The notes under the pieces were generated by a model that was not told the origin of the DNA, did no database searches, and saw only the letters and a list, made by a program, of their open reading frames with translations. From the NCBI GenBank assembly GCA_023227965.1, contig JALOCA010000006.1, positions 16,998 through 80,997 of the forward strand: a stretch of DNA of 64,000 bases. Reading direction: 5' to 3'. This document shows, piece by piece, positions 31,313 through 38,580 of the stretch; positions within the stretch are counted from its first letter, which is position 1; the number at the start of each line of letters is the position of its first letter. This DNA comes from Lentimicrobiaceae bacterium (GTDB lineage: Bacteria; Bacteroidota; Bacteroidia; Bacteroidales; JALOCA01). The translations under genes were made by a program, and so were the position numbers.

Positions 31313-33682
31313 ATGAAGAAAGCTCTCACCTTTTTGTTCGTATTATCCCTGTTTAACGGTTTTGCACAAAAATTTCCAGCCAAGTCAGATATTTTTGGAC
31401 TGGCAAGCCCTATCCCTTTACAAACCGGACTAACCGTTGTTCCGGCAGAAGATTATTTTACCGACTATTCCATCATTGACTCCATCACAACAGGCAATTC
31501 TTACCTTGGCGTTGGTTTTACGGGCGACAAACGGAGCTTTCTATTTTTTCCACTCGATAAAACGGCTCCTTTAAACGAAGTAAAAGTATGGGTGAAGGGT
31601 TTTTCGTATTCTCTTTTGGTAAAAAAATCACCCAAATTACAAGTACATTTTACTTTTGATCCAAAAGGGGAAAAATATTCCATCGTACAGATAAAAGGTG
31701 AAATCAATGGTTGGAATCCCAAAGCCACCCAGCTTACGCTGAACGAAAAAGGTATCTGGGAAACTACTGTAACAGTAAATCCAGGGAAATACCAGTATTT
31801 ATACATCCTTGATGGCAAAGAAGTACGCGACCCAAAGTGCAGCGATTCTGTTGACAATAACATGGGCAACTATAATTCGCTCCTCACTGCCGGCAAAACA
31901 AATCCGCAGGCACTACCTTTCCTCTTCACCAAAGAAATTACAGCTACAGGGCTGAAAGTTGCTTCTTTAAATAATCCTGAAGAGATTATCGTTTTCTGGG
32001 AAAATTACCGTCTGGGCAAAGATTTTGTAACAACTGGCAAAGATGGATATTTTCAAATCAGCATACCAAAAGAAGCATACAATCTGAATCGCTCATATCT
32101 AAGGACTTGGGCATACAATGCCGAAGGTGTTTCCAACGACCTGCTGATACCTTTGCAAAACGGAAAAGTGGTAACCAGCACCGATCAACTGAATCGTTAC
32201 GATTTTCAACGTATGATTATGTATTTTATGATGGTAGACCGTTTTTATGACGGAAACAAGAAAAACGACCATCCGGTGAAAGATGCGTCCATACTGCCAA
32301 AAGCCAACTTTATGGGTGGCGATATTGCCGGGCTTACTGATAAAATCGACGAAGGCTATTTCAGTAAACTTGGCGTGAACACTCTCTGGCTTTCGCCAAT
32401 AACCCAGGGACCGTTGGGAGCATGGGGCTTCTGGAAAAATCCCCCTTCCAAATTCTCGGCTTACCATGGATACTGGCCTACTTCTTTAAAAAACATAGAT
32501 TTCCACTTCGGTACTCCCGGTGAGATGCACTCCCTGGTAAATACCGCTCACAGTAAAGACATGAATGTTATACTCGATTACGTGGGGCATCACATTCATA
32601 CTGATAATCCCATCTGGAAACAACATCCCGATTGGTTCACACCACTTTATCTGCCCGACGGAACCATGAACACCGAAAAATGGGACGAGTACCGCCTCAC
32701 AACCTGGTTCGATACTTTCCTGCCTACTTTCGATTTCGCAAAACCTGAAGTGGTAAACGTGATGAGCGACTCGGCAGTATATTGGATTAAAAATTATAAC
32801 ATTGACGGCTTTCGCCACGATGCTACCAAACACGTTCCTGAACAATTTTGGCGAACAACCACCTTGAAAATAAAACAACAGGTAATGATTCCCGAAAACC
32901 GTAAGATTTATCAGATTGGTGAAACCTATGGCAACCGCGAACTGATTGGAAGTTATATCAACTCCGGTGAAATGGATGCCCAGTTCGATTTTGGAATTTA
33001 CGATGCCGCTCTTTCAGTCTTTGCAAAAGACAATGTGTCGTTCGAGGTGTTGAAAAATTCTCTACTCGAAAGTTTTTCCTACTACGGCTGGCATAACCTG
33101 ATGGGAAACATCACGGGAAATCAGGATAAACCAAGGTTTATTTCACTGGCAGGAGGTTTTGTTCGCTGGGACGAAGACGCCAAACTTGCCGGATGGACAC
33201 GAAAAATTGACGCTGGCAATCCTGTTTCGTATAAAAAGCTGGCAATGATGATGGCTTTCAACATGACCATCCCCGGAATTCCCGTAATTTATTATGGCGA
33301 CGAGTTTGGAATGCCCGGTGGCAACGACCCCGACAACCGCCGTATGATGAAATTCGGCAAATACACAAAAGACGAACAGCAATTGCTTACCACAACGGAA
33401 AAACTTACCCGTTTGCGCGCTTCACGAATGTCGCTCTTGTATGGCGATACACGTATTTTGCAATGCAGCTATGATGTTTTGGTTTACTTACGGAATTATT
33501 TTGACGAAGTTACCATCGTGGTTTTCAACAAAAATTCGCAAAGCCAAATCGTTACTTTTAGCCTGCCGAAACCATGGACTGAGAAAGACCTTAAAGCCAG
33601 TTTTGACAATAAGGTAAAAAATGAAAATGGAAAAATGAGTGTAGAACTTCCTGCAAAATCATTTGAAATTCTGACGGAATAA
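31313..33682 (+). CDS. Exported GH13 alpha-amylase family protein with CBM48-like domain
   Basis: Signal peptide; GEINGWNP...PGKYQYLY (CBM48-like); MVDRFYDG, YHGYW, DGFRHDATKH (nucleophile), IGE, GNQD, IYYGDE. Confidence 0.9.
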   Translation: MKKALTFLFVLSLFNGFAQKFPAKSDIFGLASPIPLQTGLTVVPAEDYFTDYSIIDSITTGNSYLGVGFTGDKRSFLFFPLDKTAPLNEVKVWVKGFSYSLLVKKSPKLQVHFTFDPKGEKYSIVQIKGEINGWNPKATQLTLNEKGIWETTVTVNPGKYQYLYILDGKEVRDPKCSDSVDNNMGNYNSLLTAGKTNPQALPFLFTKEITATGLKVASLNNPEEIIVFWENYRLGKDFVTTGKDGYFQISIPKEAYNLNRSYLRTWAYNAEGVSNDLLIPLQNGKVVTSTDQLNRYDFQRMIMYFMMVDRFYDGNKKNDHPVKDASILPKANFMGGDIAGLTDKIDEGYFSKLGVNTLWLSPITQGPLGAWGFWKNPPSKFSAYHGYWPTSLKNIDFHFGTPGEMHSLVNTAHSKDMNVILDYVGHHIHTDNPIWKQHPDWFTPLYLPDGTMNTEKWDEYRLTTWFDTFLPTFDFAKPEVVNVMSDSAVYWIKNYNIDGFRHDATKHVPEQFWRTTTLKIKQQVMIPENRKIYQIGETYGNRELIGSYINSGEMDAQFDFGIYDAALSVFAKDNVSFEVLKNSLLESFSYYGWHNLMGNITGNQDKPRFISLAGGFVRWDEDAKLAGWTRKIDAGNPVSYKKLAMMMAFNMTIPGIPVIYYGDEFGMPGGNDPDNRRMMKFGKYTKDEQQLLTTTEKLTRLRASRMSLLYGDTRILQCSYDVLVYLRNYFDEVTIVVFNKNSQSQIVTFSLPKPWTEKDLKASFDNKVKNENGKMSVELPAKSFEILTE

Positions 33683-33686
33683 AATC

Positions 33687-33723
33687 AAAAAACCCTGAAG
33701 GTTTTAAAAACCTTCAGGGTTTT
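33687..33723. terminator. Perfect palindrome acting as a probable bidirectional terminator; REP-like
   Basis: AAAACCCTGAAGGTTTT-A-AAAACCTTCAGGGTTTT between convergent genes. Confidence 0.7.
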
Positions 33724-33738
33724 GGTATTAACAAAATC

Positions 33739-33951
33739 TTACATCTTTTTAAGTGGCTCAAGCAGGTATTCCAAGCCGTTTAGCTTAATTTCGTAAAGCA
33801 TGTTCAGCAGCATGCCAAGCTTACCCTCTGGAAAACCTTTGGAGTGATACCAAACAAGGTATGGTTCTGGCAAATCGCAAAGTGTCCAGCCTTTATATTT
33901 GCCATAAGGCATCTTCATTTTGACCAGGGTTACCAGAATTTCGCTATCCAT
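33739..33951 (-). CDS. DUF3820 family protein
   Basis: MPYGKYKG..LCDLPEPYLVW...GFPEGKLG..L..LYEIKLNGLE. ATG at 33951 preferred. Confidence 0.8.
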   Translation of the reverse strand: MDSEILVTLVKMKMPYGKYKGWTLCDLPEPYLVWYHSKGFPEGKLGMLLNMLYEIKLNGLEYLLEPLKKM

Positions 33952-34054
33952 CGTTTTCTTTTTTGCAAATATAGATTCAAACTCTTCTGAAAATAGAAAA
34001 ATCCGATTTATTACAACCGGATTTTTTCGCATGATACAACTTGATTTATAATTT

Positions 34055-35440
34055 TCAGTGTTTTACTCCATTTTTGGTAGTTACAACAATGGCACCGTTT
34101 TTGGCTTTTCGTCCATATTTTTTTACAGCATCCTCGCCTGAAATAACCCAGACATTGTCAATATTATCTGTATTAAAATATCTTCCATAAATCCATTTTC
34201 CGTTAAGGACATAAAAAACCTCCGGATTTTTGGGGTTTATTGCAGGTAAGTTTAAAAAAGATTGATGCGTTAGATCCTTATTGCTTTTGCTGGCAATGCA
34301 AAATGCAATAGCTGGTCTGATTTTTGAATCGGTAGTAGTAATTTTCTCCTTAATTATTTCGGAAGCTTCCATCAGTTTAACAACCTGCCCATTTACCATT
34401 AAACCCGTTTGATTCAAACTATCCATAATATGGTTACAATAAGTTGTATCCAAGCCTGGTATTCCTTTCCCTGAAGTTAAAAAGGCAACTGAAGAATTTT
34501 TTTTCGGTTTTTGGAAATCCTGTGTAATTTTGTTATTCGCAATTTGTTCAATCCCCTGTTTGATTTCAGGGAAGGCAAAGGCTTGCATCATCAGTGCAGC
34601 CAGCGGAAGAAAGAACAATGCTTTCAGCCGTGCCCAACGGTTTGATCTTTGTTTCTTTATCATGGTAATACGTTTTTTAATGTTACTGTGATTAAAGCTG
34701 TTGGCAAGAGTGAAGCGACTTGCGCCAACAGCTTTTTTAACTAATAATAATTGATATTTTGTTGTATCAATGCCTTGTTTAATAACGTTATGATCGGCTT
34801 CAAACTCATGAACCATCCGGATGTTTTTGCGGATAAACCATGCCACAGGATTAAACCATTGCAACATCACGAATAATTCCGAAGCCAGTAAATCAATATA
34901 ATGAAATTCTGTTAGATGTGTTTTTTCATGGCAAAGTATTTCATTAGGATATTGCTGGTAATCGCTCTTCGAAATCACGATGTAACGGATAAAACTGAAT
35001 GGAATCACATCCTGAGAGGTTATGGCAAGCAGTTGCTTCCCAAATTTTATTCGTTGCGACCTGCGAATAATTGAAAATACTTTAATACAGGAAAAAATAA
35101 ATAGTAATAATTGCACAGCTACGCCTAACAAATAAATAACGGAAATTATTCCAAAAGAAGAAGTTGCTGTTTCCGGTTCCTGAAAAAGAAGCAAACCTTT
35201 CGTGGATAATATTTGCTCCGAAATAACAGTTCCTATTTTTTGTATCGGCATAACAATGGCATCATTTTCCCAGACTGGAAATGAAACAAATGGGATTATT
35301 GCGGATAACACAAGCAATGCCAGCAATATAAACCGGTTAAAATGATAAAAGGTTTCCTTGTTCAGCAACAAACGGTAAAAAGGATAAAATACCGCCAGGC
35401 AAATAGCCGATTTCAACAAGTATAAAATAAATGCACTCAT
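34055..35440 (-). CDS. BlaR1/M56 family membrane metallopeptidase with C-terminal TonB-receptor plug-like domain
   Basis: ETFYHFNRFILL, PFSF, HEKTH (HExxH), WFNP, HEFEAD, IKKRITM; C-terminal KKYGRKAKNGAIVVTTK. Confidence 0.85.
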   Translation of the reverse strand: MSAFILYLLKSAICLAVFYPFYRLLLNKETFYHFNRFILLALLVLSAIIPFVSFPVWENDAIVMPIQKIGTVISEQILSTKGLLLFQEPETATSSFGIISVIYLLGVAVQLLLFIFSCIKVFSIIRRSQRIKFGKQLLAITSQDVIPFSFIRYIVISKSDYQQYPNEILCHEKTHLTEFHYIDLLASELFVMLQWFNPVAWFIRKNIRMVHEFEADHNVIKQGIDTTKYQLLLVKKAVGASRFTLANSFNHSNIKKRITMIKKQRSNRWARLKALFFLPLAALMMQAFAFPEIKQGIEQIANNKITQDFQKPKKNSSVAFLTSGKGIPGLDTTYCNHIMDSLNQTGLMVNGQVVKLMEASEIIKEKITTTDSKIRPAIAFCIASKSNKDLTHQSFLNLPAINPKNPEVFYVLNGKWIYGRYFNTDNIDNVWVISGEDAVKKYGRKAKNGAIVVTTKNGVKH

Positions 35441-35817
35441 GGCTGTTGCGTTTTTTGATTTTCGTTGCCTTCAATTTCACGGATGATTTCTTTCAGTTCG
35501 TCAACAGACAAAACTTCTTCTTCTATAAGCTCAGAAATCACTCGCTTATATGAATTTCCGAAGTACTTATTTATAAATCCTTTCAGCCTTTTGTTACGGT
35601 ATTCTGTTTCCGAAATCAACGGATAGTACTGATAGGTATTTCCGTAAATTTTATAGCCAACAAAGCCTTTGACTTCCAGTGTTCGCACAATTGTAGATAA
35701 GGTATTAATATGTGGCTTAGGGTCTTCATATTGTTCCTGGATTTGTTTTACAAATAACTCGCCTTTTTGCCAAAAAAACTGCATTACTTCTTCTTCTTTT
35801 GCTGTTAAACGGTTCAT
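35437..35817 (-). CDS. BlaI/MecI/CopY family transcriptional repressor
   Basis: LTAKEEEVMQFFW, PHINTLSTIVRTLEVKGFV; overlaps the M56 gene start. Confidence 0.92.
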   Translation of the reverse strand: MNRLTAKEEEVMQFFWQKGELFVKQIQEQYEDPKPHINTLSTIVRTLEVKGFVGYKIYGNTYQYYPLISETEYRNKRLKGFINKYFGNSYKRVISELIEEEVLSVDELKEIIREIEGNENQKTQQP

Positions 35818-35840
35818 AGTAGATTTTTTTTTGCAAATGT

Positions 35841-35899
35841 AACTATTGTTTTTAGTTTACAAACTATTTTTATTAGTTATATAACGATATTTTTTAGTT
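35841..35899. promoter_or_regulatory. Three tandem palindromic operators AACTA-N7-TAGTT abutting the blaI -7 box (TACATTTG, minus strand, 35834-35841)
   Basis: Boxes at 35841-35857, 35862-35878 and 35883-35899 (third has AACGA); spaced exactly 21 bp apart. Confidence 0.75.
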
Positions 35900-35963
35900 G
35901 ATATTGCATATACCTCATTTTGCATGAAAAATAAGACCGTTGCAAAACAATGCGAGGGTCAGT

Positions 35964-36142
35964 TTTCTAAGTTTGGGTTGATAATTTTTTGATTTACGTG
36001 AATTCTCCGTCCGGAGGTGCTCTACCACGGACAACTTTTCATAAAAAATTAACATTCTACTAACGTTCATCGCACCTACAACGAAATGTAACATGCTGAA
36101 ATATTACAAGAATGGTTTGTAACCTTAGGCAGAACTCAGGTT
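35964..36142. mobile_element. MITE-like element, copy 2 (left end degenerate)
   Basis: GTGAATTCTCCGTCCGGA...GGACAACTTTTCATAAAAAATTAACATT...ATGTAACATG...AACCTTAGGCAGAACTCAGGTT aligns colinearly with 30292-30442. Confidence 0.5.
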
Positions 36143-36356
36143 TTTAAAGCTTTATTTATTAGAAGAACAATTAAAAGCTCTCTAAAAATCATTTAGTTCA
36201 GGTTAAATTTCTTCAATTTTATTAATTGCCTCATTAAATGACGCAGTTTCGTGGATTCTACCTACCTCTGAAAGGGATGTTTATTCATTTGGTCAAGGCG
36301 CTAAGTCATTTTTCCCAGGCGCCAGGTCTTTACATTTACATATAAAATATTGTTTG

Positions 36357-38471
36357 TTAATTTTTTATCCCTTTTTCATCGCAATATTCATTCACAAGCT
36401 CAAGGATTTCTTTTCCGTATTGTTTCAGTTTTTTTTCACTCAATCCCTTAATTGATTTTAAATTTTCTTTCGTTTTGGGCAGCGTAACAGAAATTTCCCA
36501 GAGAACTTTTTGCCTTAAAATTTTATTTATATCAACATGCTGTAAAAAAGCTTTTTCCTGTCGCCATTCTTTCAAACGGTTGTATAAAATGAAGTGCGGC
36601 ATTGATTGTTCTTCATCTTTAAATCCACTTTTTGCAGGCAATTCAATGGCAGCCGTTGCCCTTTCCTGGAGAAAATGTTTCATTTCGAAACCATTTGTAA
36701 GGCTTTTGAGGCAGGCTTGTTTCACTGCAAATTCTTTGGTGAGTTTGCTGGTAATTTCGCCAATGTTTTTCTTAAGTTCCTTGTTATCGGTGTCGAAAGT
36801 TGTTTTAAGCAAATTGTTGATAATAGAATTGCAAAGTTTTTCGTGAAAGTAAAAAGCAGCTTTTTTAATCCTTTCGCTGATGATTGCATCATTTTCACTG
36901 TTTGAAGTCTGACGGAACAGTTGTTTCAACTGCTTGCAGAATCTTTCAGCTACTTCGGAAATTTCATTCATTGCATCCGACAGCATACTCATTTTTTCGT
37001 TGTAGTTGCCGATTAGTTGAAATGAGTGTTCGTTGCAAAGCCTCACAAGCTGCCTTTGACGATTAATTTGCGTCTGAAAATTGAAGAGTTCGAGAAGAAG
37101 CTGAAGTTCGTATTGTTTGCGTGCATCGTTAAGTTCGCTAGTGCCGGGCTGGTGTTGTTCAACCTCGTCGGTAAACTGCAAAACAGTGGAATCGTTTTTA
37201 ACGCTGAAGGCAGCAATAGGAGTCATCAGAACCAATCCTTCCAGTGTTTTGCAACGGCTAATTGCAACATAAACCTGTCCGTGAGCAAACGAATTGCGAG
37301 CGTCAATAATTGCTTTCTCGAAGGTAAGTCCCTGGCTTTTATGGATAGTGATAGCCCATGCCAGTTTTAGAGGATACTGCTCAAAGCTGCCAATTACTTC
37401 TTCTTCTATCTCTTTTGTTATTTCATTAAGTTTGTAGCGGCAGTTTTCCCACTCGGCTCGTTCTACCATAATAGACTCATCGTCGTCAGGACATCTTACT
37501 TCTATGGTTTCTTCGTCGAAACCGATAACTTCACCAATTTTTCCGTTGTAAAACCGTTTTTCGTGTGAGGTATCGTTTTTAATGAACATTACCTGGGCGC
37601 CTTCTTTAAGGATAAGATTAAAATCGGCAGGATAGGCATATTCGGGAAAATCTCTTTTTACAGTAGCTTCAAAGAAATGAGGTTTAAATTTTAATTTTTC
37701 CAGTCTGGTTTCGTTGATTTGTTTTGCCTGAAAATTATGGGTTGTCAAAATAATATATCCGTCTTTTTCGTCGGAAACAAAATCGGGGATATATCTTTTA
37801 TTCAGAGTTTCCAAAGTTGACTCGTCGGTTTCGTTATGGCGAATCCTGTTCAAAAGTGAGATGAATTCTTGGTTGCTTTGGCGGTAAATATGAGTAAGTT
37901 CGATGCCTACAAAACCCGAATTGCGCAATGCACGGCTGCTGAAAAAGTAGCAGGTGTCGTAGTATTTTCCCAGCAAACTCCATTCGTCATCCTTCACCAC
38001 TGGAGCAAGTTGCTGAAGGTCGCCTATCATCAGCAGTTGAACCCCTCCGAATGGGATGTTTCGGTTTTTGAACTTGCGAAGAACATCGTCAATGGCATCG
38101 AGAAGGTCGGCGCGAACCATGCTGATTTCGTCAATCACCAGCAGGTCGAGGCTGCGGATAATATTTATTTTTTCGCGACTGAAATGTTTTATTTCAGTAG
38201 GTTCAACTTCGGTTTGTCGCAGATTGTAATCTTTTGGAATCTGTGGACAAAATGGCATCTGGAAGAAAGAATGTATGGTAACGCCTCCGGCATTGATGGC
38301 TGCTACGCCAGTTGGCGCTACAACTACCATACGTTTTGGCGAAACTTTTTTCAAATTGTGTAAAAAGGTGGTTTTCCCTGTGCCGGCTTTTCCGGTGAGG
38401 AAAATATTTTGATTGGTATATTGTACAAAATCAAAGGCTAACTGAAGCTGTGGGCTGGTTTGGAAATCCAT
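36357..38471 (-). CDS. PIF1/RecD-like SF1 helicase with C-terminal HRDC domain
   Basis: TGKAGTGKT, APTGVAA, IDEISMV, GDLQQLAPV, AWAITIHKSQG, GQVYVAISR; HRDC-like LYNRLKEWR...IKGLSEKKLKQYG. Confidence 0.88.
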   Translation of the reverse strand: MDFQTSPQLQLAFDFVQYTNQNIFLTGKAGTGKTTFLHNLKKVSPKRMVVVAPTGVAAINAGGVTIHSFFQMPFCPQIPKDYNLRQTEVEPTEIKHFSREKINIIRSLDLLVIDEISMVRADLLDAIDDVLRKFKNRNIPFGGVQLLMIGDLQQLAPVVKDDEWSLLGKYYDTCYFFSSRALRNSGFVGIELTHIYRQSNQEFISLLNRIRHNETDESTLETLNKRYIPDFVSDEKDGYIILTTHNFQAKQINETRLEKLKFKPHFFEATVKRDFPEYAYPADFNLILKEGAQVMFIKNDTSHEKRFYNGKIGEVIGFDEETIEVRCPDDDESIMVERAEWENCRYKLNEITKEIEEEVIGSFEQYPLKLAWAITIHKSQGLTFEKAIIDARNSFAHGQVYVAISRCKTLEGLVLMTPIAAFSVKNDSTVLQFTDEVEQHQPGTSELNDARKQYELQLLLELFNFQTQINRQRQLVRLCNEHSFQLIGNYNEKMSMLSDAMNEISEVAERFCKQLKQLFRQTSNSENDAIISERIKKAAFYFHEKLCNSIINNLLKTTFDTDNKELKKNIGEITSKLTKEFAVKQACLKSLTNGFEMKHFLQERATAAIELPAKSGFKDEEQSMPHFILYNRLKEWRQEKAFLQHVDINKILRQKVLWEISVTLPKTKENLKSIKGLSEKKLKQYGKEILELVNEYCDEKGIKN

Positions 38472-38580
38472 TTACAATGGTTTGAAAGAAGGGAACTAAA
38501 ATACCAAATTCCTTTTACAATTCAGGAAATTTTTGCCTAAAAAAACTGGTTTTAATTTTTAAAAAATAAATATTTCCAGG

